Positions 53,575 through 63,795 of a DNA stretch of 64,000 nucleotides are shown piece after piece. The translations under genes were made by a program, and so were the position numbers. Every line of letters starts with the position of its first letter. Within the stretch, counting starts at the first letter, position 1. The notes under the pieces were generated by a model. It made no database searches. It saw only the letters and a list, made by a program, of their open reading frames with translations, and was not told where the DNA came from. This DNA comes from a virus. Taxonomy: Duplodnaviria; Heunggongvirae; Uroviricota; Caudoviricetes. The DNA lies in IMG/VR virus record IMGVR_UViG_2897328257_000003, one strand, 5' to 3'.

Positions 53575-54694
53575 CAGCCAGTACGACCTCCCAGCTTTCT
53601 ACCCAATTAATGGCCATTTTTTGGTCGAGAGAGTGGTCAAAGTCAGGGTCGTCTTCATTGAAGAATTCGCTGACCATCACCATCTTGCCATTTTCCAGTT
53701 CAACAACCGACTCCAGCGTCATGCCTTTGTAGTTACGCTCACGAACGTAACCAATCAGCCCTTCAGCGTGGTTGTCGTCGTTAATCTCTTCAACACGTAA
53801 GTCTTCCGGGCGCAGCAGAACATGCAGTTTTTGCCCCGGTTCAACGGCGAAGTTAACGTAGATATTACATTCGCGGCCTTCAACGTTGGCGCGTACGCGC
53901 TGCTCGTCTAGACGTTCGATGACAGTGGCGTTAAACATATTGATTTCGCCAATGAAGCCGGCAACAAACAGGTTTTTCGGCTCTTCGTAAATTTCGCGCG
54001 GTGTACCATCTTGCTCAATACGACCCTCGCGCATCACCACAATCCTGTCTGACATGGTGAGCGCTTCTTCCTGATCGTGAGTGACAAAGACGAAGGTAAT
54101 ACCAAGCTTACGCTGTAACGCTTTCAGCTCGTTCTGCATTTGCTTACGCAGTTTGTAATCCAGCGCTGAGAGCGACTCATCCAGCAACAACAGACGAGGC
54201 TTGTTAACCACCGCGCGAGCAATGGCGACGCGTTGCTGTTGACCACCAGAGAGCTGATGCGGTTTACGTTGAGCGAAGGTTTCCAGTTGCACCATCCGCA
54301 GGGCTTCCATCACGCGGGGCGTAATTTCAGCAGCGGGGGTTTTTTGCATGCGCAACCCAAAGGCCACATTTTCGAACACGGTCATGTGGGGGAAAAGTGC
54401 GTAGCTTTGGAAAACAGTGTTCACATAGCGGTTTTCCGCCGGAACGTGGGTGATGTCCTCGTTATCCAGCATGATGCGTCCGGAATCAACAGTTTCCAGA
54501 CCTGCAATCAGGCGAAGAACGGTTGTTTTACCGCAGCCAGAAGGGCCAAGCAGCGTGAGGAACTCGCCATTGTTGATAGTCAGATCCAGCTGGGGAATGA
54601 CCTCTTTACCATCAAAGCATTTGCGAATTCCCGCCAATTGCACCAGCGGTGAAAGCGAACTCGGTTGTTTATTCAATTTTTTACTCTGTCCCAT
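53558..54694 (-). CDS. potA: Spermidine/putrescine ABC transporter ATP-binding protein PotA
   Basis: 378 aa; Walker [13 protein letters not shown] signature LSGGQQQR, Walker B LLLLDE; divergent from pepT. Confidence 0.95.
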   Translation of the reverse strand: MGQSKKLNKQPSSLSPLVQLAGIRKCFDGKEVIPQLDLTINNGEFLTLLGPSGCGKTTVLRLIAGLETVDSGRIMLDNEDITHVPAENRYVNTVFQSYALFPHMTVFENVAFGLRMQKTPAAEITPRVMEALRMVQLETFAQRKPHQLSGGQQQRVAIARAVVNKPRLLLLDESLSALDYKLRKQMQNELKALQRKLGITFVFVTHDQEEALTMSDRIVVMREGRIEQDGTPREIYEEPKNLFVAGFIGEINMFNATVIERLDEQRVRANVEGRECNIYVNFAVEPGQKLHVLLRPEDLRVEEINDDNHAEGLIGYVRERNYKGMTLESVVELENGKMVMVSEFFNEDDPDFDHSLDQKMAINWVESWEVVLADEEHK

Positions 54695-54943
54695 GTAAAC
54701 GCAACGGATGGCTTACCGATGCGGGGTTTGTGGTTAACCACCTTGGTGACTCTTAATGAGGGCGGTAATTCTACGGCAAACCGCTTGAATCGCCAATCTT
54801 TGTTGTGAATTACTGGCTTAGCTTTATATTCATTAAGGTAATGCTGATAAATATTCCCGCTTGCAGGGGTAAAAGTGACCTGACGCAATATTTGTCTTTT
54901 CTTGCTTCTTAATAATGTTGTCACAAAAAGTGAGGGTGACTAC

Positions 54944-56173
54944 ATGGATAAACTACTTGAGCGATTTTTGAACTACGTGTCTCTGGATACCCAATCAAAA
55001 GCAGGGGTGAGACAGGTTCCCAGCACGGAAGGCCAATGGAAGTTATTGCATCTGCTGAAAGAGCAGCTCGAAGAGATGGGGCTTATCAATGTGACCTTAA
55101 GTGAGAAGGGCACTTTGATGGCGACGTTACCGGCTAACGTCCCTGGCGATATCCCGGCGATTGGCTTTATTTCTCATGTGGATACCTCACCGGATTGCAG
55201 CGGCAAAAATGTGAATCCGCAAATTGTTGAAAACTATCGCGGTGGCGATATTGCGCTGGGTATCGGCGATGAAGTTTTATCACCGGTTATGTTCCCGGTG
55301 CTGCATCAGCTACTGGGTCAGACGCTGATTACTACCGATGGTAAAACCTTGTTAGGTGCCGATGACAAAGCCGGTATTGCAGAAATCATGACCGCGCTGG
55401 CGGTATTGCAACAGAAAAACATTCCGCATGGTGATATTCGCGTCGCCTTTACCCCGGATGAAGAAGTGGGCAAAGGGGCGAAACATTTTGATGTTGATGC
55501 CTTCGATGCCCGCTGGGCTTACACTGTTGACGGTGGTGGCGTAGGTGAACTGGAGTTTGAAAACTTCAACGCCGCATCGGTCAATATCAAAATTGTCGGT
55601 AACAATGTTCATCCGGGCACGGCGAAAGGAGTGATGGTAAATGCGCTGTCGCTGGCGGCACGTATTCATGCGGAAGTTCCGGCGGATGAAAGCCCGGAAA
55701 TGACAGAAGGCTATGAAGGTTTCTATCACCTGGCGAGCATGAAAGGCACCGTTGACCGAGCCGATATGCACTACATCATCCGTGATTTCGACCGTAAACA
55801 GTTTGAAGCGCGTAAACGTAAAATGATGGAGATCGCCAAAAAAGTGGGCAAAGGGTTACATCCTGATTGCTACATTGAACTGGTGATTGAAGACAGTTAC
55901 TACAATATGCGCGAGAAAGTGGTTGAGCATCCGCATATTATCGATATCGCCCAGCAGGCGATGCGTGACTGCGATATTGAACCGGAACTGAAACCGATCC
56001 GCGGCGGTACCGACGGCGCGCAGTTGTCGTTTATGGGATTACCGTGCCCGAACCTGTTCACTGGCGGTTACAACTATCATGGTAAGCATGAGTTTGTGAC
56101 TCTGGAAGGTATGGAAAAAGCGGTGCAGGTGATTGTCCGTATTGCCGAGTTAACGGCGCAACGGAAGTCGTGA
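54944..56173 (+). CDS. pepT: Peptidase T (tripeptide aminopeptidase)
   Basis: Begins [19 protein letters not shown] (internal Met of the track ORF 54902..56173); M20-family metal-binding motifs; conserved position next to potA. Confidence 0.95.
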   Translation: MDKLLERFLNYVSLDTQSKAGVRQVPSTEGQWKLLHLLKEQLEEMGLINVTLSEKGTLMATLPANVPGDIPAIGFISHVDTSPDCSGKNVNPQIVENYRGGDIALGIGDEVLSPVMFPVLHQLLGQTLITTDGKTLLGADDKAGIAEIMTALAVLQQKNIPHGDIRVAFTPDEEVGKGAKHFDVDAFDARWAYTVDGGGVGELEFENFNAASVNIKIVGNNVHPGTAKGVMVNALSLAARIHAEVPADESPEMTEGYEGFYHLASMKGTVDRADMHYIIRDFDRKQFEARKRKMMEIAKKVGKGLHPDCYIELVIEDSYYNMREKVVEHPHIIDIAQQAMRDCDIEPELKPIRGGTDGAQLSFMGLPCPNLFTGGYNYHGKHEFVTLEGMEKAVQVIVRIAELTAQRKS

Positions 56174-56318
56174 TTGCCCGATGCGTATGTGGACTGCCAA
56201 TTACCGGGATGAAACCGTTATATTGATACTGGTCAACATACTTATCGTGCCTACAGGCGTTCAGTGCATGTAGGCACGATAAGGCGCAATCAGCGCCGCA
56301 TCCGGCTTAAATCCAAAC

Positions 56319-57440
56319 TTACCCTTCGAAGAACCAATACCCGCTATTGACCAGCGCCGCGAGCATCGCGAGGAATGACGGATCTTCCAGCGCATCGCCA
56401 AAATTCTCCGCAGTCAGCGCAATGTTGCTGGCGAGTGCATCCAGTGCCGGACGGTGCGGGGAATCGATCTTCTCACCATTGGCATACACGTCGTCGCCAA
56501 TGCGCAATACGCGCAGACCACCCAGGCGCACCAGCACATCACCTTGTTTCAGCGCATCGTAGATTTCATCTGGCTGATAAGGCGGTTCCGGCGGCGCGAT
56601 ATCCAGTTCATGACGTGACTGGGATATAAACTCGCCAAACCATTGCTTAAAGTGTTCCGGCTGGTTGATCAATTCGAGCATCATCTCACGCAGTTTATCC
56701 ATCTCTTGCGGCAGAACATCCGCAGGATGAGCGCGAGGTGGAACATCAGGATCGCTGTAGTAGTTGCCGCCCAGTTCACGTTGCAGCACATAATCGGCAA
56801 ATCCACTAATCAGTTCCCGCGTATTTGGCGCGCGAAAGCCCACGGAATAGTTCATCGCATTTTCCAGCGCGTAGCCTTCATGCGGGAATCCTGGCGGAAT
56901 ATAAAGAATATCACCAGGCTCCAGCTCTTCATCGATGATGGCTTCGAACGGATCGACCTGTAACAGATCCGGATGTGGGCAGTGCTGTTTCATTTGCAGC
57001 TTTTCGCCCACTCGCCAGCGACGACGTCCGGTACCCTGAATGATAAACACGTCGTACTGATCGAGATGCGGGCCGACGCCGCCGCCAGGTACAGAAAAAG
57101 AGATCATCAGATCATCAATACGCCAGTCCGGTAGTTCACGGAACGGTCGCATCAGCGCGGCGGTCGGCTCATGCCAGTGGTTTACTGCCTGTACCAGTAA
57201 TGACCAGTTGGTTTCACCGAGATGATCGTAGCTTTCGAACGGGCCGTGGCTGACCTGCCATTTGCCATCCTGGTGACTGACCAGTCGACTGTCAACTTCG
57301 CTTTCCATCGCCAGACCCGCCAACTCGTCTGGAGAGATCGGGTCAATAAAATTATTAAAGCCGCGTTTTAACACCACCGGGCGTTTCTGCCAGTGACGTT
57401 CAAGAAAATCGGGCCAGTTAAGAGTGAGTTGGTATTCCAT
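56319..57440 (-). CDS. roxA: Ribosomal protein uL16 arginine hydroxylase RoxA (YcfD), cupin/JmjC-like
   Basis: 373 aa from the second ATG (MEYQLTLNWPDFLERHW..); conserved neighbour of pepT in E. coli. Confidence 0.9.
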   Translation of the reverse strand: MEYQLTLNWPDFLERHWQKRPVVLKRGFNNFIDPISPDELAGLAMESEVDSRLVSHQDGKWQVSHGPFESYDHLGETNWSLLVQAVNHWHEPTAALMRPFRELPDWRIDDLMISFSVPGGGVGPHLDQYDVFIIQGTGRRRWRVGEKLQMKQHCPHPDLLQVDPFEAIIDEELEPGDILYIPPGFPHEGYALENAMNYSVGFRAPNTRELISGFADYVLQRELGGNYYSDPDVPPRAHPADVLPQEMDKLREMMLELINQPEHFKQWFGEFISQSRHELDIAPPEPPYQPDEIYDALKQGDVLVRLGGLRVLRIGDDVYANGEKIDSPHRPALDALASNIALTAENFGDALEDPSFLAMLAALVNSGYWFFEG

Positions 57441-57491
57441 GTTAAGCATCCACAGGCTGGTATCTGCAACCGATTATAACGGATGCTTAAC
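57441..57491 (-). promoter_or_regulatory. roxA 5' region: 11-bp inverted repeat with 29-nt spacer containing a TATAAT on the roxA strand
   Basis: gttaagcatcc ... ggatgcttaac; right arm repeats the ATGCTTAAC that precedes the roxA start; spacer contains ccgTTATAATcgg on the minus strand. Confidence 0.3.
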
Positions 57492-57667
57492 GTAATGCGT
57501 GAAGTATGGACATATTTTATCAATTAGTGTTTTTTGCCGTTTCATAATGTTTCAGGTTGTGCGTTATGTTTTTGATTATAAACAGATTTGTGATTTTTCT
57601 TGTTCCAGCTTGTTTCACGTTGTAGCCCTTTGTGCAACGATCGGTGTAGTTAATGGTGTAGTTAATT

Positions 57668-58918
57668 GTGATGACCGGATTCAAAATTATGAGCAGAGCA
57701 CTTAACAAACTGAGCGATACACAGCTGAGGAAAATCAACGGCACACCCGCCCAAAAAACAGCCTTTCTTAATGACGGTGGAAACCTGAGCGTCAGGCATT
57801 CAACCAGTGGCCTTTTAACCTGGTATTTCACTTACAGGGCCGGAACGGGAAGGGGGGCACCACCGGAACGCATTAAGCTGGGAAATTATCCTGATCTGAG
57901 CCTGAAATCAGCCAGGGAAAAAGCCGCCCAGTGTCGCGCATGGCTGGCAGAGGGGAAAAATCCACGTCATGAAATGAATTACACCGTACAGGAAGCGTTA
58001 AAGCCGGTAACGGTTGGCGATGCGCTCACCTACTGGCTTGAGTCGTACGCAAAGGAAAACCGTGTGGATTATGACCCACTGAAAAAGCGGCTAAATAATC
58101 ACGTAATACAGCACATTGGCCCTATGCCGCTGGATAAATGCGAGCTACGGCACTGGCTGGCCTGTTTTGATCGGGTGGCAAAGAAAGCCCCTGTTTCCGC
58201 CGGGTTCCTGCTACAGACATGCAAGCAGGCGCTTAAGTTCTGCAGGAAGCGGCGCTATGCAATCAGCAACGTTCTTGATGATATGAGTGTGGCGGACGTT
58301 GGGAAAAAACCGGATATAAGTGAGCGTGTCTTAAGTAACAAAGAACTTGGCGAATTATTGCAGGCACTGGACAAAAAAATATTTTCCCCTTACTACGTCG
58401 CACTAATCCGCCTCCTGATTGTTTTCGGATGCCGGACAGTAGAACTGAGGTTATCGGAGATCGGCGAGTGGGATTTTACCGAAATGCTCTGGACCGTTCC
58501 GAAGGAGCACAGCAAAACGAAGGTAGCCATATTCCGGCCCATACCGGAAGCGATACTGCCGTTCGTCACGCAGCTGGTGGAGCAGAACAGGCACACGGGC
58601 TTATTGCTGGGGGAAGTGAAACAGGAAACCAGCGTATCGCAGTACGGCAGATTAGCGCACAGGAGGCTAAAACACCCTCAATGGTCATTGCATGACATCC
58701 GGCGCACCTTTACAACCATGCTGAACGATTTAGGCGTTGATCCTCACGTCGTGGAGCAGCTTACAGGTCATCAGATGCCAGGGATGCAACGAGTCTATAA
58801 CCACTCCCGTTATCTCGATGCGAAACGTGATGCGCTGGATATGTGGACGGAGCGGTTAGGAATACTGGCGGGAACACATGAAAACGTAACCACGCTACCA
58901 GTAACCAGAATAAAATAA
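57668..58918 (+). CDS. Tyrosine integrase, P4 family (DUF4102-type N-terminus); start may be 57671 or 57689
   Basis: 416-aa ORF; N-terminal ..LSDTQLRKINGT..DGGNLSV..W.FTYR..G..P..+.LGNYPDLSLKSAREKA.. pattern of P4-type integrases. Confidence 0.85.
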   Translation: MMTGFKIMSRALNKLSDTQLRKINGTPAQKTAFLNDGGNLSVRHSTSGLLTWYFTYRAGTGRGAPPERIKLGNYPDLSLKSAREKAAQCRAWLAEGKNPRHEMNYTVQEALKPVTVGDALTYWLESYAKENRVDYDPLKKRLNNHVIQHIGPMPLDKCELRHWLACFDRVAKKAPVSAGFLLQTCKQALKFCRKRRYAISNVLDDMSVADVGKKPDISERVLSNKELGELLQALDKKIFSPYYVALIRLLIVFGCRTVELRLSEIGEWDFTEMLWTVPKEHSKTKVAIFRPIPEAILPFVTQLVEQNRHTGLLLGEVKQETSVSQYGRLAHRRLKHPQWSLHDIRRTFTTMLNDLGVDPHVVEQLTGHQMPGMQRVYNHSRYLDAKRDALDMWTERLGILAGTHENVTTLPVTRIK

Positions 58919-59144
58919 TTTTTTTCGTGTTTTTTCAGTATGCGCATACTGGATAAGTGCACAGATACAACGTGAAACAATGTGCAACAACGTGACANNN
59001 NNNNNNNNATACTGGCGGGAACACATGAAAACGTAACCACGCTACCAGTAACCAGAATAAAATAATTTTTTTCGTGTTTTTTCAGTATGCGCATACTGGA
59101 TAAGTGCACAGATACAACGTGAAACAATGTGCAACAACGTGACA
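58862..59144. repeat. Exact ~136-bp direct duplication flanking a ~10-nt N-run (approx. 58998-59008); probable contig-join artefact
   Basis: atactggcgggaacacatgaaaacg...caacaacgtgaca occurs identically before and after the N-run; first copy includes the integrase 3' end. Confidence 0.6.
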
Positions 59145-59254
59145 CAATCACGAACAAGAGGCCAAAAAGAATACAGATTTGTAAGTTACTGATTTTCAAT
59201 GCTCAGCTGGTTTTTTATACATTAGTGAATTACGCGTTAAAGCGTGCGAAAAAA

Positions 59255-59285
59255 GGCATAAAACAAGATTTTATGCCTTTGTATT
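59255..59285 (+). terminator. Hairpin plus T-tract; candidate rho-independent terminator between the integrase and alpA regions
   Basis: aaaaaa-ggcataaaa-caaga-ttttatgcc-tttgtatt. Confidence 0.45.
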
Positions 59286-59439
59286 AACATGAATTTAAAT
59301 GATTTTATCCTGATTATTCCTCTTTCTGTAAACCATGCGACACCAACATTTGCCAACTCTGAATCATCCTGACACAATCAGACACATCCCAACGCAATAG
59401 AACACGAAATAACTCTTTAAGAAACGAAAGGGGGCAATA

Positions 59440-59628
59440 GTGTTAAGCACTGATCGGTTTATACGTGAAAAAGAATGCGAAAAGCTAACAGGCCTTAGCC
59501 GCTCATGCCGCTACCGCCTGGAAAAGGCCGGACAATTCCCATCACGTCGTAAACTTGGTGGGCGTTCTGTTGGCTGGTCTTTATCTGAGGTTTTGGCCTG
59601 GAAGGATAGCTGCAAGGCAGTTCACTAA
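59440..59628 (+). CDS. alpA: AlpA-family phage transcriptional regulator
   Basis: 62 aa; GTG start after AAGGGGG; ..RRKLGGRSVGWSLSEVLAW.. matches the AlpA family pattern. Confidence 0.8.
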   Translation: MLSTDRFIREKECEKLTGLSRSCRYRLEKAGQFPSRRKLGGRSVGWSLSEVLAWKDSCKAVH

Positions 59629-59968
59629 AAAGACTGGCGGCACACAGTCGCCACACATCCACTAATACAGAGATATAACTATGAAGATTGAATATGCGCC
59701 CGAACGTGGGCGGGGATTCGTTCGCCCTGGTGAAACTGAAAAACAACAAAATTGGGGTTTTTCAGGCATAAAAAAAGCGGCCCCGATATGGAGCCGCCTT
59801 TCTGAACAATTAACCTGCTGCGCCTTATGTGTATGTGATCCCAAACATAAGCACGGGAATGATAGCCGCTATCAGGCTGGTGGGCAATTACCTTGCTTGT
59901 TGGGGCCGTATTGTGCTGCCATTTTCATCCGTTCAGAACGTGAATATTTTTTTAGAAACTCATCAAGG

Positions 59969-60591
59969 NNNNNNNNNNNNNNNNNNNNNNNNNNNNNNNN
60001 NNNNNNNNNNNNNNNNNNNNNNNNNNNNNNNNNNNNNNNNNNNNNNNNNNNNNNNNNNNNNNNNNNNNNNNNNNNNNNNNNNNNNNNNNNNNNNNNNNNN
60101 NNNNNNNNNNNNNNNNNNNNNNNNNNNNNNNNNNNNNNNNNNNNNNNNNNNNNNNNNNNNNNNNNNNNNNNNNNNNNNNNNNNNNNNNNNNNNNNNNNNN
60201 NNNNNNNNNNNNNNNNNNNNNNNNNNNNNNNNNNNNNNNNNNNNNNNNNNNNNNNNNNNNNNNNNNNNNNNNNNNNNNNNNNNNNNNNNNNNNNNNNNNN
60301 NNNNNNNNNNNNNNNNNNNNNNNNNNNNNNNNNNNNNNNNNNNNNNNNNNNNNNNNNNNNNNNNNNNNNNNNNNNNNNNNNNNNNNNNNNNNNNNNNNNN
60401 NNNNNNNNNNNNNNNNNNNNNNNNNNNNNNNNNNNNNNNNNNNNNNNNNNNNNNNNNNNNNNNNNNNNNNNNNNNNNNNNNNNNNNNNNNNNNNNNNNNN
60501 NNNNNNNNNNNNNNNNNNNNNNNNNNNNNNNNNNNNNNNNNNNNNNNNNNNNNNNNNNNNNNNNNNNNNNNNNNNNNNNNNNNNNNNNNNN
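59969..60591. other. Unresolved sequence: 623-nt run of N inside the satellite element
   Basis: Contiguous n characters. Confidence 1.
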
Positions 60592-60708
60592 AGTGATTAT
60601 ACTGGAATCCAGTTGAGTGTTTATCACTCAATGCAAACGAGGCTGAAAAGGATTGCCGTCCTTTCGCAGCCTCTGACCACCAACGATAGCGAAAGTATCG
60701 AGGTAGCT

Positions 60709-60909
60709 ATGAGAAATCATACCACACACCCGCAAGGGCGGGACTCGCACAACCTGAATAAATTCACCTGGCGCTTTATGCAGTGCCTGACAGACAGCAT
60801 TGCAATATTCACCGTTACCGCTGCCACTGAGCGCGAAGCACGCGCACAGCTGCCGCACGCACATCTTATTTTTGTCGCCCGTATTCGTCAGGGGGTGTGC
60901 CGTGCTTAA
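60709..60909 (+). CDS. Icd-like (host cell division inhibitor-like) small protein
   Basis: 66 aa from ATG 60709 after GAGGTAG; ..ATEREARAQLPHAHLIFVARI.. matches the Icd-like motif recalled from P4-like islands. Confidence 0.55.
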   Translation: MRNHTTHPQGRDSHNLNKFTWRFMQCLTDSIAIFTVTAATEREARAQLPHAHLIFVARIRQGVCRA

Positions 60910-61087
60910 AACCTTCCGTGTATTTGCCAGCGCTGTTAACCCACTAGGCCACACAATTGGTATCGCTCAGAATGTGAAGGCTGTTAATGTTCAGACGGCT
61001 ATTGCTGCGGTGAGAAGCGAATCATCAGAATATGGCTTATCACAAGTCATTATTTCAGCAGTGTATGAATTAAAAGAGGTGCATTAA
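60902..61087 (+). CDS. Hypothetical small protein (61 aa, GTG start)
   Basis: ORF beginning inside the icd-like stop region after AGGGGG; ends TAATG overlapping the next start. Confidence 0.4.
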   Translation: MLKTFRVFASAVNPLGHTIGIAQNVKAVNVQTAIAAVRSESSEYGLSQVIISAVYELKEVH

Positions 61088-61278
61088 TGAAGGAAATTAC
61101 ATTACACGAAGCCGCTGAACGTGCGCACCAGACAGAAATTATTTGCCGACTTCTTGAGGTGTACCCTAATAAATTAAATGATGGTGATATATCCGCATTA
61201 GCTGGCCTTCTGGCAAAACTTTCTGGAAGTGTTGCGCTGTGGTTAATTGATGAGAGAGCCGAACGCTATGAAAAATAA
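61087..61278 (+). CDS. Hypothetical small protein (63 aa)
   Basis: ORF in a tightly packed co-directional block upstream of the primase. Confidence 0.5.
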   Translation: MKEITLHEAAERAHQTEIICRLLEVYPNKLNDGDISALAGLLAKLSGSVALWLIDERAERYEK

Positions 61279-61510
61279 TAAACTGGCGACCAGTGAATTA
61301 AGAAGCCTTGCCAACAGCGCAATATCTTTAAACAACGCAGCAAACGAAGTAATGAACATGTGGCTTCAGTCGCTGGTGAATAATGAACGCGATGAATCAA
61401 CCGCAAGATTAATATTAGCCGTTTCTGAATTACTGGATAGTTCAACCAGCAAAATAGAGAGCATATCAGAGAAGATTAACGGCTTATCAGGTCACGCTAT
61501 CGGAGAATAA
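61268..61510 (+). CDS. Hypothetical small protein (80 aa from ATG 61268)
   Basis: ORF overlapping the previous stop by 11 nt; ORF track offers a longer version from 61247. Confidence 0.5.
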   Translation: MKNNKLATSELRSLANSAISLNNAANEVMNMWLQSLVNNERDESTARLILAVSELLDSSTSKIESISEKINGLSGHAIGE

Positions 61511-61515
61511 AAATA

Positions 61516-61815
61516 ATGAAACTTAAATATCCTGGCTTAACTGCCAGCGGCAAAACTCGCACTAAATTCATGCGCGGGGATATTTACCGCGACCAGTACG
61601 GCGGCACGGTAACGATTAAAGGCGTGGAGGAACGGCGCATCACTTACCGCCGTGAAGGCTACGAATATGACTGCGTTATGCCTGTTTATCAGTTCGATCG
61701 TGATTTTTCTCTGGTACAGGCAGCGCCCCGCAGTAAACCAACCAGCAGGGAGAAAGCACGCGCCAATATTCAGGAAATAAAAAAGATGCTTAACGTATTC
61801 AGGGGTAAAAAATGA
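61516..61815 (+). CDS. Hypothetical protein (99 aa) immediately upstream of and coupled to the primase gene
   Basis: ORF with GGAG upstream; stop overlaps the primase start (ATGA). Confidence 0.55.
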   Translation: MKLKYPGLTASGKTRTKFMRGDIYRDQYGGTVTIKGVEERRITYRREGYEYDCVMPVYQFDRDFSLVQAAPRSKPTSREKARANIQEIKKMLNVFRGKK

Positions 61816-63560
61816 AACTGGCACCGAACGTAAAAAAACAGCCACGCGGAATAAAACACAAAGACACAGAGGTGATTATTTTCGCGGGTAGTGATGCGTG
61901 GGCACATGCAAAACAGTGGCAGGAGCAGGACGGCCCCGCATCCGGCGATAATGTGCCTCCTGTGTGGCTTGGGCCAAATCAGCTTGCCGAACTTGATGCA
62001 CTGCAAATTGTTCCTGATGGAAAAAAACGCGTAAGGCTGTACCAGGCAGGAGAACTGGACTTGGTGGAGACCAAAAAGATTGGTCAGAAGCTGGCGGCGG
62101 CAGATATTCAGGACACAAATTTTTACCCCGAAGGAATGCACGCCCAGAAGTGTGAAAACTGGCGGCGCTATCTGAATGCTGAGCGTGAAAATATTGCCGC
62201 AGGGCTTACCATGCCGGAGCAGAAAAATACGCAACTGGCACAAATGGCAGACAGTGAGCGCGCCCAGCTGCTTGCTGGTCGATTTGATGGCGTTTGCGTA
62301 CATCCTGAAAGTGAAATCGTTCACGTATGGCGCGGCGGGGTATGGTGTCCGGTCAGCACAATGGAACTTAGCCGCGAAATGGTGGCGATCTATTCAGAGC
62401 ACAGGGCCACTTTCAGCAAGCGCGTAATCAATAACGCCGTGGAAGCGTTAAAAGTTATTGCCGAACCAATGGGCGAGCCGTCTGGCGATTTGCTGCCGTT
62501 CGCCAATGGTGCGCTTGACCTGAAAACAGGGGAATTTTCCCCGCACACGCCGGAGAACTGGATCACCACGCACAACGGCATTGAGTACACGCCACCAGCA
62601 CCAGGGGAGAACATCCGCGATAACGCGCCAAACTTTCATAAATGGCTTGAGCACGCAGCCGGAAAAGACCCGCGCAAGATGATGCGTATATGTGCCGCGC
62701 TGTACATGATTATGGCGAACCGGTACGACTGGCAGATGTTTATTGAGGCCACCGGAGACGGCGGGAGCGGTAAAAGTACATTCACACACATAGCCAGCCT
62801 TCTGGCAGGGAAACAGAACACGGTAAGCGCTGAAATGACATCGCTTGATGATGCTGGTGGACGTGCGCAGGTTGTCGGGAGTCGTCTTATCGTCCTGGCT
62901 GACCAGCCGAAATATACAGGCGAAGGAACGGGCATCAAGAAAATCACAGGCGGCGACCCCGTGGAAATTAACCCGAAATATGAAAAGCGTTTCACGGCGG
63001 TAATCAGGGCGGTGGTGCTGGCGACCAACAACAACCCGATGATATTCACCGAACGGGCCGGAGGTGTGGCACGTCGTCGCGTGATTTTCCGTTTCGACAA
63101 TATCGTCAGTGAGGCCGAAAAAGACAGGGAGCTACCGGAAAAGATTGCGGCTGAAATCCCCGTTATTATCCGCCGATTGCTGGCGAACTTTACCGACCCT
63201 GAGAAGGCACGGGCTTTACTACTGGAACAGCGTGACGGTGATGAAGCACTGGCAATAAAGCAACAGACGGATCCGGTTATTGAGTTTTGCCAGTTCCTGA
63301 ATTTTCTGGAGGAAGCGCGCGGCCTGATGATGGGTGGCGGTGGTGATTCAGTGAAGTACACGACCAGGAACAGCCTTTACCGCGTCTATCTGGCGTTTAT
63401 GGCATACGCGGGCAGGAGCAAACCGCTAAACGTGGCTGAGTTCAGCAAGGCCATGAAGCCAGCGGCGAAAGTTTACGGGCATGAATATATTACGCGAAAA
63501 GTTAAGGGAGTAACGCAGACCAACGCAATTACAACAGACGATTGCGACGCGTTTTTATAA
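61812..63560 (+). CDS. Phage/plasmid primase-helicase, P4 alpha-like (SF3 P-loop NTPase C-terminal domain)
   Basis: 582 aa; Walker A ..EATGDGGSGKSTFTHIA..; Walker B-like ..LIVLADQP..; standard position in P4-like satellites. Confidence 0.85.
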   Translation: MKLAPNVKKQPRGIKHKDTEVIIFAGSDAWAHAKQWQEQDGPASGDNVPPVWLGPNQLAELDALQIVPDGKKRVRLYQAGELDLVETKKIGQKLAAADIQDTNFYPEGMHAQKCENWRRYLNAERENIAAGLTMPEQKNTQLAQMADSERAQLLAGRFDGVCVHPESEIVHVWRGGVWCPVSTMELSREMVAIYSEHRATFSKRVINNAVEALKVIAEPMGEPSGDLLPFANGALDLKTGEFSPHTPENWITTHNGIEYTPPAPGENIRDNAPNFHKWLEHAAGKDPRKMMRICAALYMIMANRYDWQMFIEATGDGGSGKSTFTHIASLLAGKQNTVSAEMTSLDDAGGRAQVVGSRLIVLADQPKYTGEGTGIKKITGGDPVEINPKYEKRFTAVIRAVVLATNNNPMIFTERAGGVARRRVIFRFDNIVSEAEKDRELPEKIAAEIPVIIRRLLANFTDPEKARALLLEQRDGDEALAIKQQTDPVIEFCQFLNFLEEARGLMMGGGGDSVKYTTRNSLYRVYLAFMAYAGRSKPLNVAEFSKAMKPAAKVYGHEYITRKVKGVTQTNAITTDDCDAFL

Positions 63561-63574
63561 TTTTTTGTAAAAGC

Positions 63575-63795
63575 CATCTACCCCATCTACCTGAACGAAA
63601 TAAACGCATATTATTCAACATGATAAGTGGGTATAGGGCTAGGTAGAAGGCTAATAAAAGCTCTCTACCTCTTCTACCTGATTTTATCAGTTTCAGGTAG
63701 CAGGGTAGACGGCAGGTAGAGGAGTCAAAAAAGCTATCTACCCGCTGAAAGCGGCGCCATTACTGACATGATGAGCATTCGGGTAGATGGGTAGA
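63575..63795. repeat. Iteron array, putative replication origin of the satellite element
   Basis: At least 11 copies of GGTAGA/TCTACC in both orientations within ~220 bp (e.g. catctaccccatctacc, tctacctcttctacc, ggtagcagggtagacggcaggtagagg, gggtagatgggtagagg) just downstream of the primase gene. Confidence 0.6.

Noticed and set aside
53235-56963. Internal or antisense ORFs within potB, potA, pepT and roxA (e.g. 53441..53800, 54233..54652, 55352..55771, 56375..56629, 56643..56963)
   Set aside because: Nested in conserved housekeeping genes with clear reading frames.
57450-57670. Possible tRNA/tmRNA target for the P4-type integrase between roxA and int
   Set aside because: No cloverleaf-compatible sequence or conserved T-loop/CCA-proximal motif seen by eye; needs tRNAscan to be certain.
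57499-57831. ORFs 57499..57705 (+) and 57520..57831 (-) between roxA and the integrase
   Set aside because: Overlap each other and the integrase start; AT-rich promoter-like region; no RBS or recognisable family.
59681-60631. ORFs crossing the 623-nt N-run (59681..60616, 59829..60596, 59872..60627, 59963..60631)
   Set aside because: Mostly translated N; readable flanks are too short to support a call.
60628-60954. 108-aa minus-strand ORF opposite the Icd-like gene
   Set aside because: Antisense to two co-directional ORFs with an RBS and a family-like motif; no RBS of its own.
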